Position numbers and translations under genes: made by a program. A stretch of 31,253 bases of DNA, from positions 145,711 to 176,963 of the IMG/VR virus record IMGVR_UViG_2919361683_000002, one strand, 5' to 3'. Source of the stretch: a virus. The stretch's first letter is position 1. Each line of letters begins with the position of its first letter. Of the stretch, positions 9,611-18,728 are shown in pieces. Under the pieces are notes generated by a model. The model saw only the letters and a program-made list of their open reading frames with translations. It was not told the origin of the DNA and ran no database searches.

Positions 9611-9997
9611 ATGACACAAATATTGACACGGGAGCAAGTGTTGACGATGGAACCAGCGGAAATCGACCGTCATATTCACACGATATTGTTTAATGGTGAA
9701 GATTTAACAGGATTTAAGTATAAACATGTAACCTATACAATACCCGACAGGCGCGTTTTTGTTAAAGAAATTGATACAGGCGTGATATGGAGAGAATGTC
9801 TAGCTTATTCCCTAGAGATATCATCTGCATGGGAAGCAGAAAAGAAGATCAAGGAACTGAGATTACAGGCTAAATATTGCATAGCATTAAAACAGATTGT
9901 TATTGGTACAGGCGAATATGTAGGAATGTTTGATTATATCCACGCAACACCTGAACAACGTTGCAAAGCCGCGTTATTGGCTGTACTGGACATATAG
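9611..9997 (+). CDS. Phage protein, BC1872/ABA-sandwich-like
   Basis: EID..I, YS..ISSAW and C-terminal ATPEQRCKAALLAV pattern; RBS AGGAGG. Confidence 0.55.
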   Translation: MTQILTREQVLTMEPAEIDRHIHTILFNGEDLTGFKYKHVTYTIPDRRVFVKEIDTGVIWRECLAYSLEISSAWEAEKKIKELRLQAKYCIALKQIVIGTGEYVGMFDYIHATPEQRCKAALLAVLDI

Positions 9998-10010
9998 GAG
10001 GAAGTTGAAA

Positions 10011-10421
10011 ATGAACAATAAACATCGTGGCAAGCACATTGAAACAGATGAGTGGATCTACGGCTACTTAATCGGTGACGATGTAATCGTTGGAGATATT
10101 GTTGTATGGGATGATCAATATTTCTGTACAGAATATTGGTATAAGGTTGATCCAGATACGGTTGGACGGAACATTGGTAAAATTAGCATCGAAAATGACG
10201 AGGAATTATATGAGGGAGATATTCTTGCACCAACTCTGGCTTATAAAGAACATGAAGTAAAAATTATTTGCTACGACAGAAATCAATCAAAATACAAAGC
10301 AGTACCATTGAGTATGTATTTGATTAACGCAGGCAATGGTGGGTGGACAGGTTATGATATAGAATGGCTTCCACATAAGATTGGCAACATTCACGACAAT
10401 CCTGAACTATTGGAGGTATGA
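10011..10421 (+). CDS. YopX-family protein
   Basis: RGK....EWIYG, VDPDTVG, YEGDIL, IGNIHDNPELLE; start moved to ATG 10011 behind AGGAGG. Confidence 0.85.
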   Translation: MNNKHRGKHIETDEWIYGYLIGDDVIVGDIVVWDDQYFCTEYWYKVDPDTVGRNIGKISIENDEELYEGDILAPTLAYKEHEVKIICYDRNQSKYKAVPLSMYLINAGNGGWTGYDIEWLPHKIGNIHDNPELLEV

Positions 10422-10702
10422 AAATGAAATTGTTTAGAGTGGATAATAAATATACTAGTTACGGGTTAAACAGCTACTTAGTAATCGCAAAGACAGAGCA
10501 AGAAGCCATAGAAATGGCAGGGGCTAAACTTAGGAAATATGCTCTTGATACTAACTTTACTATTAATGAATTGGCCTACAGACAAGTTGGAATACAAATA
10601 AATAATATTTTTGAACATATCGGTCAAGCTAGTTATTTGTCATACTTTACAGCTACATGTCTGACTGAAGATGTTGCCCATAAGCAAACAATAAAAATTT
10701 AA
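10418..10702 (+). CDS. Hypothetical phage protein
   Basis: ATGA overlap with the YopX gene; RBS GGAGG. Confidence 0.7.
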   Translation: MKMKLFRVDNKYTSYGLNSYLVIAKTEQEAIEMAGAKLRKYALDTNFTINELAYRQVGIQINNIFEHIGQASYLSYFTATCLTEDVAHKQTIKI

Positions 10703-10712
10703 TGTGGGAGAC

Positions 10713-10976
10713 ATGAAAATGAAAGAGAAATATTCTTTTAAATTTACAGGTTATCCAAGTGGAGATCACGAAGCATATTGTTTTGATGTTTGTAAGTCAG
10801 ATTATAGACATACCACATCGAATGAGCCAGATAAAGTATTTGATAAATCATGTTTTCATAAAGGTTACTATAGATTGTATCCAGACGATTTGTTGTTAGG
10901 AATAGCTGAACAACACAAGAAATATAAATTTGAGATTATCATTAAAGTCAAAGAGGAAAGGGTAGATAATCAATGA
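10713..10976 (+). CDS. Hypothetical phage protein
   Basis: GGGAG then ATG at 10713/10719. Confidence 0.65.
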   Translation: MKMKEKYSFKFTGYPSGDHEAYCFDVCKSDYRHTTSNEPDKVFDKSCFHKGYYRLYPDDLLLGIAEQHKKYKFEIIIKVKEERVDNQ

Positions 10977-11149
10977 ACTACTTAGAAGTTACTATGCGTG
11001 GATTGTCCAATATGCTCTACAATATCTCGCAAAACCCAAGTAAAGAGAACTGCAATGTCATGTTGGACAGCATTAAGAGAACACTTGCCGATTATAATGA
11101 AGCAGGTGGGAATATCAATATTAAAGATTTTAGGGAGAAGGGGCAATGA
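10973..11149 (+). CDS. Small hypothetical protein (58 aa, MNYLEVTMRG...), not in ORF track
   Basis: ATGA overlaps at both ends; fills the gap exactly. Confidence 0.65.
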   Translation: MNYLEVTMRGLSNMLYNISQNPSKENCNVMLDSIKRTLADYNEAGGNINIKDFREKGQ

Positions 11150-11520
11150 ACCAAATGTTTAAAAAAGAAGAAGTGGAATTTTATTTGAATTTACATGATG
11201 GTGTAACAAATAAGATTTATGACATCATTCAATTACATAGTTCAATTGATAATAAATATTATGAAGTCAATGAAATACAATATAAAAATAACGTCATCAT
11301 AGTGGATGTTGAATATTATAAATATGGAGATCTTGAGTACGATAGCATACATATTGATCCGCGAATGCTGTACGACGATGAGTTCTTTAATGAACTCAAG
11401 AATGAGTCTGAGCAAGTTGAGAACGAGCGATCAAATCAAATTAAAACTAAAGAGCAGCACAGAATAAAGGAAGAATTAGAAAAGGCGCGCCAGTTAATTG
11501 CTAAGTATGAACAACAATAA
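11146..11520 (+). CDS. Hypothetical protein with C-terminal coiled coil
   Basis: ATGA-coupled; GGAG upstream. Confidence 0.7.
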   Translation: MNQMFKKEEVEFYLNLHDGVTNKIYDIIQLHSSIDNKYYEVNEIQYKNNVIIVDVEYYKYGDLEYDSIHIDPRMLYDDEFFNELKNESEQVENERSNQIKTKEQHRIKEELEKARQLIAKYEQQ

Positions 11521-11522
11521 GA

Positions 11523-11538
11523 TAAAAGTCTAGTTTGA
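11523..11538. repeat. Palindromic junction site 3 (TAAAA-GTCTAG-TTTGA, one mismatch)
   Basis: Begins 2 nt after the stop of 11146-11520. Confidence 0.7.
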
Positions 11539-11563
11539 TCAGAAACAATGAAAGGGCGAAAGA

Positions 11564-11824
11564 ATGGAAGTATTTATGGGTGGGACTATTATGGTGAATA
11601 CAGAAAAGAGAAGCGTTGTGTCTGGAAGTTATGTAGTATCTTTTCATCCAAAAATGTCGGGTAAAAATATCACTACAATTGATGGTAAATGTTACATAGA
11701 TGGATATGAGTTAGTTGAGGTAAATGGAAAAGAACTTTTTGGTCGCTATGGCACAGAATATTTTAATGAAGATGATCAAATACCTGTTTTATTTAGAGTA
11801 AGAGTTTCTGATTGTGCGAATTAA
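11564..11824 (+). CDS. Hypothetical phage protein
   Basis: 86-aa ORF after AAAGGG. Confidence 0.6.
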   Translation: MEVFMGGTIMVNTEKRSVVSGSYVVSFHPKMSGKNITTIDGKCYIDGYELVEVNGKELFGRYGTEYFNEDDQIPVLFRVRVSDCAN

Positions 11825-11867
11825 GTAGTTATTAAATAAAATGGAATATATTCCATAAGAAGAGGGG

Positions 11868-12470
11868 ATGCAAGTGAATAAAATAGAAAGTCTAATTAAT
11901 GATTTCATGAAGAGTATCTTTCACGATGAGATAGTTATTGCTAATTTTAGTGAAGAGAGCAGAGATATTGAATTCACATTGATTAACAAACTCTTTGAAG
12001 ACGAAACGTATGTGTTGATAGATACTTACTGTCAGGATGAAAACGAGCTTGTCGAATATCTATCTAAATATTTCTTTGATAATTTTAAGGAGTATCTTGA
12101 GGATCTGCGTAAATCAGCGGATTTGGTATTATGCGATGAACCAGACGAAATGGAGTATGAAAATTGTTATCCCTCAATTGATGGTATTGCTTATAGTATG
12201 GGGTTTGACATTGACGATGATGGACATTGGACTGAACGTTCAAATGATGATTTTGAATGGTGGAGCTATGACAATTGTGGCCCACACACTTACTATGAAG
12301 AAATAGATGGTGACAATGTTTATGAATATGAAGATCACATATTTTTCAAAATACGCCGAATAATCAATAGGGCAGATTACGAGAAAAAAATTATGCCATT
12401 TTCAGACCATGAATACAGCGATGATCCGTTTGAAATGAAACCACGACAGAATTTGCAGAACAATTTGTGA
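11868..12470 (+). CDS. Highly acidic hypothetical protein
   Basis: About a quarter of residues are D/E; purine-rich RBS. Confidence 0.7.
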   Translation: MQVNKIESLINDFMKSIFHDEIVIANFSEESRDIEFTLINKLFEDETYVLIDTYCQDENELVEYLSKYFFDNFKEYLEDLRKSADLVLCDEPDEMEYENCYPSIDGIAYSMGFDIDDDGHWTERSNDDFEWWSYDNCGPHTYYEEIDGDNVYEYEDHIFFKIRRIINRADYEKKIMPFSDHEYSDDPFEMKPRQNLQNNL

Positions 12471-12491
12471 AATTCTACTGGAGGAAGATGA

Positions 12492-13610
12492 ATGAGTAAA
12501 TATGAATTAAGTTTATCAAAAGATTATGTTCCTGATTGGACAGTTGTCGATGCTGTACGTGAATTGTTTCAAAATGCACTCGATCAACAAACTACATCAA
12601 ACGATAATAAAATGTTCTTCGAATACGAGAATGAAACTCGAAAGCTGTGCATTGGAAACAAGTCGTCTATCCTTAATGTGAAAACTCTTCTGCTTGGCTC
12701 TTCAACCAAACGTGACGATCCCAATACAATTGGTCAATTTGGAGAAGGATATAAAATTGCCACACTAGTATTGACCCGACTAAATAAACCAGTGACCTTT
12801 TATAACTATGGTGCAAAAGAAGTTTGGAAGCCGAGATTTGTTAATAGTCGTCGTTATGGGGAAGATATCTTAACCTTTTTCGTCGATAAGAAATACCCTT
12901 GGGACAAAGTACCTGATAACAATCTAACTATTGTTATTGAGAATATCACAAATCAAGAATATCAAGATATTGTTGAGTCTAATCTTCATTTGCAAGATGT
13001 TGGGGAAATTATTGAAAGCAGCTTTGGTCGAATACTTGAAGAAGAAAGATATAAAGGTAAAGTGTTTGTTAATGGATTGTTTGTATGTAACTACAGTGAG
13101 TATACGCAAGGATATGATTTTAAGCCTGAGTACATAAAGATTGATAGGGATAGAAAATTGGCTGACTCGTTTGAATTGAAATGGCTATCTTCTAGGATGT
13201 TGAGCGGTGTTAATTCTAATAAGACTGTGGACATGATTAAAAATAGTTCTCCAGATGTTCAATATATTACAAGTGCCTATACAACAAATGCAGACAATAG
13301 GCTAAGAGAGATCGTAGATAATGTATATGATGATTTTAGAAATGAACATGGCGAGAATGCTGTTCCTGTTTCAAATCAAGAAGAATATACAGAAGTATCA
13401 AAATCGGCAAAATATAGACCAGTTTATGTTTCATCGTCACATGCAATTGCAATTAAAACAAGTTACAAATATGTGAAGCCTGTTCTAGAACCAGATAAGA
13501 AAGAGTCGGTAAATAAAAGACTCGTTACATGGTTAGACAGTCACAAACAAAGCTTATCTAAAAAAGCAATTAGACAATTAGAAGAGATTATTGAAGACGT
13601 TGTTGAATAG
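12492..13610 (+). CDS. GHKL (Hsp90/MORC-like HATPase) domain protein
   Basis: N-box AVRELFQNALD; G-box LGSSTK...IGQFGEGYK; RBS GGAGG. Confidence 0.8.
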   Translation: MSKYELSLSKDYVPDWTVVDAVRELFQNALDQQTTSNDNKMFFEYENETRKLCIGNKSSILNVKTLLLGSSTKRDDPNTIGQFGEGYKIATLVLTRLNKPVTFYNYGAKEVWKPRFVNSRRYGEDILTFFVDKKYPWDKVPDNNLTIVIENITNQEYQDIVESNLHLQDVGEIIESSFGRILEEERYKGKVFVNGLFVCNYSEYTQGYDFKPEYIKIDRDRKLADSFELKWLSSRMLSGVNSNKTVDMIKNSSPDVQYITSAYTTNADNRLREIVDNVYDDFRNEHGENAVPVSNQEEYTEVSKSAKYRPVYVSSSHAIAIKTSYKYVKPVLEPDKKESVNKRLVTWLDSHKQSLSKKAIRQLEEIIEDVVE

Positions 13611-13644
13611 TAAAACAAAAAATACTTATAAGGGAGATATTAAA

Positions 13645-14391
13645 ATGACAATTGAACAAAGTACAAAAAATGCTATTAACGAAAAGTTGCAGGATGGAAC
13701 GATAGAGAAACTGTTGACTGATAATTTTGAAAAAGGAGTAAATGAAGCATTTAAGAGCTTGTTCAGTCCATATGGAGATATCACCAAAATCATTCAAAAG
13801 AAAATTGAATCGGTGATGATTCCCTATCTTGAAGGATATGATTATTCAAAATATATTGTAAAACTGAATGATGTTTTAATTGATATTCTAAAGAATACAA
13901 CATTTGACAATAAGAATGTTTTAGAAAATTTCAAATCATTGATGACATCTGAAGAAAGACAAAAAACAATTAATGTTTCAGAGTTATTCGAGAAATGGAC
14001 TAAATATGTATCAAAAAATGTAAGTACAGATGGTCTTGAAGTTATCACAGACGATGGAGTTTACTATCAATACTTAGATGTTAAATTTGAAGTGGAATAC
14101 GAAGACAGTAAGAGTTGGGATCATTACGATTATGCTAAACTAACTTTCGAGTGTGAACAAGATGAAGACATGAATTTCACTATTAGAATGAACCGTTGGA
14201 AGAAAACTTCAGGTAAGGGTTGGGATATCGAGTACAATAGATCGCCTGAACTCAAGTCTCTAAGATATTTAAACGAATTTGAGGTGTTAATTATGAAATT
14301 GTCGCAGAGTTACACTGAACTGATTATTGATGAGGAATATGGGGATGACTCGGTACGACCTGAAGCAGAACCAGAAGCAACATTTAGCTAA
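13645..14391 (+). CDS. Hypothetical phage protein
   Basis: ATG 13645 behind AAGGGAG (track start 13591 overlaps the upstream gene). Confidence 0.75.
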   Translation: MTIEQSTKNAINEKLQDGTIEKLLTDNFEKGVNEAFKSLFSPYGDITKIIQKKIESVMIPYLEGYDYSKYIVKLNDVLIDILKNTTFDNKNVLENFKSLMTSEERQKTINVSELFEKWTKYVSKNVSTDGLEVITDDGVYYQYLDVKFEVEYEDSKSWDHYDYAKLTFECEQDEDMNFTIRMNRWKKTSGKGWDIEYNRSPELKSLRYLNEFEVLIMKLSQSYTELIIDEEYGDDSVRPEAEPEATFS

Positions 14392-14403
14392 TACATATTG
14401 CTG

Positions 14404-14419
14404 TAAAACACTTGTTTTA
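14404..14419. repeat. Palindromic junction site 4 (TAAAA-CACTTG-TTTTA)
   Basis: Intergenic; AAAGGAG follows within 4 nt. Confidence 0.8.
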
Positions 14420-14437
14420 TAGAAAGGAGAGTAAATT

Positions 14438-14608
14438 TTGAAGTGGTTGGTTTGGTCAATTAAGTCTTGGTCATGTGAGCACGAATGGAAATATGACGAA
14501 AGCATTTTTAAAACATATCATCCAGATTACAATTTTACAACGTCCAAGACTAGAGTTTCAGCAACATGTACTAAATGTGGATGGCATCGTAAATATGATA
14601 AATTCTAA
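14438..14608 (+). CDS. Small putative zinc-binding protein (56 aa, CEH...CTKCG), not in ORF track
   Basis: TTG start behind AAAGGAG; CxH and CxxC ligand pattern. Confidence 0.7.
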   Translation: MKWLVWSIKSWSCEHEWKYDESIFKTYHPDYNFTTSKTRVSATCTKCGWHRKYDKF

Positions 14609-14634
14609 ATATTATAAAAAGAGGGGTAATACAT

Positions 14635-15369
14635 ATCAGAACATTAGCAGTTAGTGATCCGCATGGATGTAATGACGAATTTAATTCATTATTGAAAAAA
14701 GTAAAGTACAATCCTTCTCATGACAAACTCATTCTACTTGGAGATTATGTTGATCGAGGACAAAAGAGTAGACAGATGGTTGAACAAGTAATGCAGCTTC
14801 ATAATGAATGGGGTGTAATTGCTCTTAAGGGAAATCATGACGATATGTTTGTGGCTGCAATAAATAATGATATTGAAGAATTAGATGCCCAATGGCTTAA
14901 TAATGGTGGATTTCAAACTATAGAGAGTTATTGTGGGATTAGTTTTTTTGAAGAAGGATTCGAATGGGAGCAATACATAAAAGCAAAAGAGTTCATTAGG
15001 AAGCACTATCAGAACCACATTGATTTCTTGGGGTCACTGCCTTTGTATTATGAAACAGAAAGTCACATATTTGTTCACGCTGGAGTTAATCCATTTTATG
15101 AAGACTGGCGAAATCAGCCTGAGAGCGACTTCATTTGGATTAGAGATATATTCTTTAACAACAAAACAGGCTTAAATAAAACTGTTGTTTTTGGTCATAC
15201 ACCCTGTATCCATTTGCACGAATCTGAGGACATTTGGTTTGATCCTACGGGTGATAAGATCGCCATTGATGGAGCCTGTGCATATGGATTACAAATGAAC
15301 CTGCTTGAAATTACTGAAGAAGGAACATACATAGAAAATTGTGTGCGTAGAGGCGAAATACATGATTAA
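14635..15369 (+). CDS. Ser/Thr protein phosphatase-like metallophosphoesterase (PphA/lambda-phosphatase type)
   Basis: SDPHG, LGDYVDRG, KGNHD, FVHAG, FGHTP, IDGAC. The first motif lies upstream of the track start and requires an ATC (14635) or ATA (14629) start. Confidence 0.85.
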   Translation: MRTLAVSDPHGCNDEFNSLLKKVKYNPSHDKLILLGDYVDRGQKSRQMVEQVMQLHNEWGVIALKGNHDDMFVAAINNDIEELDAQWLNNGGFQTIESYCGISFFEEGFEWEQYIKAKEFIRKHYQNHIDFLGSLPLYYETESHIFVHAGVNPFYEDWRNQPESDFIWIRDIFFNNKTGLNKTVVFGHTPCIHLHESEDIWFDPTGDKIAIDGACAYGLQMNLLEITEEGTYIENCVRRGEIHD

Positions 15370-16018
15370 CAAGAGTCTAAATTATAAAAGAGATCCTAGC
15401 TTGAACAATGAAGAGACGATTAAAGAGGCAAAGCTAACAAACAATAAAGAACTTAGGGATAAGATTATAAATAATAATATTCCATTTGTTAAAAGCCTAG
15501 CTGACCGTTGGTATAAACGAGGAGTCCCAGAAGAGTTTGATGATCTAGTGGGTATGGGAATGGTAGCACTAATGAAGGCTTACAATACATATGACACGAA
15601 CAAGAATATTAAATTTACTTCATATCTTGGAAAAGTAGTATGGAAAGAATTTATGGCACATTCCAGATATAAAAGCATGAAATGCCGTAGCAAGTACTCC
15701 AGTATTAGCTTCAACGAAACACTTCATAAATCAAAAGGCACAGACGAAGAAAAGCTACTTGCTGAAGTTATTTCAAATGATAGTCACCTAGATTATCTGA
15801 CAGTAGAGGATGAAATGTTCAATACGCATTTAGTTGAACAAATGGATACATTGTTGGCGAAGAAGGAGAGAATCGTTGCTGACAAGTACTTTTTCGAAGG
15901 CAAAAGCATATCGGAAATAGGAGTTGAACTTGGCGTGTCACGTCAGGCAGCGCATCAAGCTTTTCAAAGAACAATAAAACGACTGAAACCAATCTATACT
16001 AATTGGGAAGTGGTTTAA
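15362..16018 (+). CDS. Phage-encoded sigma-70-family alternative sigma factor
   Basis: Region 2 (NNIPFVKSLA...DDLVGMGMVALMKAYNTYD..KNIKFTSY) and region 4 HTH (SISEIGVELGVSRQAAHQ); ATG 15362. Confidence 0.88.
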   Translation: MINKSLNYKRDPSLNNEETIKEAKLTNNKELRDKIINNNIPFVKSLADRWYKRGVPEEFDDLVGMGMVALMKAYNTYDTNKNIKFTSYLGKVVWKEFMAHSRYKSMKCRSKYSSISFNETLHKSKGTDEEKLLAEVISNDSHLDYLTVEDEMFNTHLVEQMDTLLAKKERIVADKYFFEGKSISEIGVELGVSRQAAHQAFQRTIKRLKPIYTNWEVV

Positions 16019-16019
16019 T

Positions 16020-16208
16020 CTGAACAGAAAACAACTTTTAACTTTCACTATTAACTTATTAACTATAATGACTGCTTGCTGTCTAGTAGGTGCAATTTAT
16101 GGTCTGATTTATCCCCAAACTACAACCCCTTGGTTTTGGTTTGGATTCTCTGGAGTTTGTTTATTAGGTGTTGTTTTAGATTATTTAGACTATCGAAAAT
16201 TGAAGTAA
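16020..16208 (+). CDS. Small two-helix membrane protein (62 aa from CTG; 46 aa from ATG 16068), not in ORF track
   Basis: LNRKQLLTFTINLLTIMTACCLVGAIYGLIYPQTTTPWFWFGFSGVCLLGVVLDYLDYRKLK; fills the gap after the sigma gene. Confidence 0.6.
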   Translation: MNRKQLLTFTINLLTIMTACCLVGAIYGLIYPQTTTPWFWFGFSGVCLLGVVLDYLDYRKLK

Positions 16209-16221
16209 AACTCATATTTTA
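16206..16221. repeat. Palindromic junction site 5 (TAAAA-CTCATA-TTTTA)
   Basis: Left arm supplies the TAA stop of 16020-16208; AAAGGAG follows. Confidence 0.8.
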
Positions 16222-16240
16222 TAAAGGAGACAGCTATTTT

Positions 16241-16492
16241 GTGGATAAAGGTTTATACAGATATACAAAAAAACTAATTAAACAAGCTTTTCCTAAATAC
16301 AAAAGAATTCAAGTGGGCGCTACACTAACCGAAGTGTTAATAGACAGAGGTGCCAGTTACACAAAAATTCCTTTAGTGAAATTCACAGTTGTATGCAATT
16401 CATATGGTCTCTTTACGACAAATGATCATCAAATAAATGTAGCTGTCGATCAACTGACGAACAAGGTCTATTGGAATTTTGAGAGACTATAG
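16241..16492 (+). CDS. Hypothetical phage protein (83 aa)
   Basis: GTG 16241 behind AAAGGAG, in frame with track ORF 16076-16492. Confidence 0.65.
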   Translation: MDKGLYRYTKKLIKQAFPKYKRIQVGATLTEVLIDRGASYTKIPLVKFTVVCNSYGLFTTNDHQINVAVDQLTNKVYWNFERL

Positions 16493-16520
16493 ATAGTTTG
16501 ATAGATGGAGGAGACACGAT

Positions 16521-17063
16521 ATGAATAAGAAAAAACTCGAAGAACTGTTTTATTCTAAAGAGATGGAACAGATTAGGCTTGATTATTATAATAATGCGTA
16601 TAATCAGGGAAAGTTCGATGAAACATTGAAGAAAATGAATCCTGAAACATTGATCAATATGCACGATGGAGACTTTGAAGTCTGGAAAGGTAAGGTGTGG
16701 TATTCAGATAAAGATCAGTACAACATTTCAGTTGAGGGTTACATGGGGTTTGAAACTATTCAGCAAGGCATTGAGTTATACGAAATGTTTAATGCAGAAC
16801 TATTGAGATACATAGAACAAAACGGTGGTCTGAAAGGTAGGCACGAGTGGAAGAAGGTATATCATACTAGAGCAGTCGAGATATCAAACGAACATGATAG
16901 TTACTGGATTTTTCTTGATGGATACAAATCTGAAGAGATTAGTGACCTTTATTGGTATATGTGTGATGTAATTGAGCAACTGAAACGGCTAAACAAAAAT
17001 TTAAATATAACTAAAATTATGAAAGAGGTAGCATATGAAAATAGTACTCGATTTACTAACTGA
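16521..17063 (+). CDS. Hypothetical phage protein
   Basis: RBS GGAGG, 180 aa. Confidence 0.75.
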   Translation: MNKKKLEELFYSKEMEQIRLDYYNNAYNQGKFDETLKKMNPETLINMHDGDFEVWKGKVWYSDKDQYNISVEGYMGFETIQQGIELYEMFNAELLRYIEQNGGLKGRHEWKKVYHTRAVEISNEHDSYWIFLDGYKSEEISDLYWYMCDVIEQLKRLNKNLNITKIMKEVAYENSTRFTN

Positions 17064-17205
17064 CAACTACAACTCATATTCATCAGAAACAATTGATTTT
17101 GAATCTTACAGTGATTCTTCGGAAGTGGAGATAAGGTTGGGAGACAGAGTGGTTGGTATTGATAAGCAAGAATTAATTAAGTCAATTGAAGCACTATGTA
17201 AGTAA
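17035..17205 (+). CDS. Small hypothetical protein (56 aa, MKIVLDLLTD...), not in ORF track
   Basis: RBS GAGGT; stop coincides with junction site 6. Confidence 0.65.
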   Translation: MKIVLDLLTDNYNSYSSETIDFESYSDSSEVEIRLGDRVVGIDKQELIKSIEALCK

Positions 17206-17218
17206 AAGATGCATTTTA
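17203..17218. repeat. Palindromic junction site 6 (TAAAA-GATGCA-TTTTA)
   Basis: Left arm supplies the TAA stop; GAGGAG follows. Confidence 0.8.
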
Positions 17219-17233
17219 TGAGGAGATGACATA

Positions 17234-17446
17234 ATGGATTTTACTATGGATAACTTTATTAATGAAACAAAACAAAGAGATAATTATATTAAAGAACTTA
17301 AAAATTGCGTACACAAAGATGGTGATGGTTTCCCAAATATCTATGTAGATCGGGTTTGGGGGATCATTGATGGTTTGGATTCTAAAATGAAAGACCGATT
17401 GCTGTTTTGGTTTATAACTGAACACCTGACAATAATTAATGATTGA
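17234..17446 (+). CDS. Hypothetical phage protein
   Basis: RBS GAGGAG, 70 aa. Confidence 0.7.
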   Translation: MDFTMDNFINETKQRDNYIKELKNCVHKDGDGFPNIYVDRVWGIIDGLDSKMKDRLLFWFITEHLTIIND

Positions 17447-17481
17447 TTAAAGGCAATTCTAAACAAGAAAGAAGGGATAAG

Positions 17482-18060
17482 GTGACAATTTGGTATACAA
17501 GCGATACACATTTTAGCCATAAAAACATTCTTCAGCATGAGAATAGACCATTCGGTTCTATTGAACAGATGGATGAAGCCCTGATTGATAATTGGAATCG
17601 TCACATTAACAAAGATGATACTGTGTATCATTTAGGCGATTTTGTATTTGGCGGTATTTCAAAATGGGAAAATATCATTCCACGACTCAAAGGCAAGATT
17701 CATTTAGTAGTGGGAAACCACGATAACGATAAAGTATTGAAGAAGATTCCTCATTATTTTGAATCAATTGAAAACATAATTGTTAAGAAAATTGATAAGC
17801 AGCATTTGTTTTTGTTCCATTATCCCATAGAGGTTGGATTAACTCCAAATGCTTATTCAATACATGGTCATATCCACTCACGTCCTTCTAATATGATTAA
17901 TCAATTAAATGTAGGTGTAGACAGCGATTTTACTAAAGAGAAGGTTGGTTTTGGAAACCCGATTCCTGAAGATGTTATTCTACGCGAACTATTGATTAGA
18001 AAAGAAGTTGTATTGCAACTTAGAGGCAGTAGTAGAGGTGATCAACATAGAGATAAATAA
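17482..18060 (+). CDS. Calcineurin-like metallophosphoesterase (phage type)
   Basis: TSDTHFSH, HLGDF, GNHD, HYP, HGHIH, NVGVD; likely GTG start 17482 (track 17443). Confidence 0.88.
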   Translation: MTIWYTSDTHFSHKNILQHENRPFGSIEQMDEALIDNWNRHINKDDTVYHLGDFVFGGISKWENIIPRLKGKIHLVVGNHDNDKVLKKIPHYFESIENIIVKKIDKQHLFLFHYPIEVGLTPNAYSIHGHIHSRPSNMINQLNVGVDSDFTKEKVGFGNPIPEDVILRELLIRKEVVLQLRGSSRGDQHRDK

Positions 18061-18199
18061 ATACATGGAAATTATTAACAATAAAAAGGACATAAAGTTA
18101 ATTACAGATGAACAGTACGCAAAATACATAAGCAAGCTATGGCAATGGCAAATAAACAGCAGTACAGAATATTATCAATCGGAGGATGATCATTTTTGA
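18008..18199 (+). CDS. Small hypothetical protein, start uncertain
   Basis: Fills the gap before 18215; GAGGTG upstream of internal codons. Confidence 0.4.
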   Translation: MYCNLEAVVEVINIEINKYMEIINNKKDIKLITDEQYAKYISKLWQWQINSSTEYYQSEDDHF

Positions 18200-18214
18200 T
18201 GATCAATAATACAT

Positions 18215-18670
18215 ATGAAATTTTTAAATCAAGATGATATTTTTCAAATTTTAAGAAAATCACTTAAGAAGCATTATGGCAATTTTAGAAGCGAGCCTAA
18301 GATTGAAATTGATGTTGATGTAATGGCTAGTAAATATGATTTTTATTCGAGAAAAATTAGTTTTAGTGGAAAGATTGTATCTTTTAAATATAATGAGGAA
18401 ATCTATAAGAGAAGACTTACTTTGAAAGAAATTGAGGGAATGATTAAATTAGAGTTAGGTGGAGAAGTAAATGTTGCAGCATACATAAATGAGATTGAAG
18501 AAGTCTTAACAAGAGATAGTTACAATAAACACACTGTTTTAGTGGCTACAGTGACAAACGAAGAACTTTCTTTAGATAAAGATTGCACCATGACTTTAAT
18601 CGATATGGCAATCGACATGAACGACAAAGAGTGGTTTATCGAGCTATCAAATAGATATAAGCAATTATAG
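18215..18670 (+). CDS. IDEAL-domain protein
   Basis: C-terminal LIDMAIDMNDKEWFIELS matches the IDEAL-domain pattern. Confidence 0.75.
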   Translation: MKFLNQDDIFQILRKSLKKHYGNFRSEPKIEIDVDVMASKYDFYSRKISFSGKIVSFKYNEEIYKRRLTLKEIEGMIKLELGGEVNVAAYINEIEEVLTRDSYNKHTVLVATVTNEELSLDKDCTMTLIDMAIDMNDKEWFIELSNRYKQL

Positions 18671-18728
18671 TAAAACATGAAAAAGAAAACTTAATGTTTA
18701 TAAGGGTTTTATGAATCAATAATCTACG

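Noticed and set aside
16076-16240. N-terminal 55 codons of track ORF 16076-16492
   Set aside because: Overlaps a better membrane-protein ORF in another frame; the RBS supports GTG 16241.
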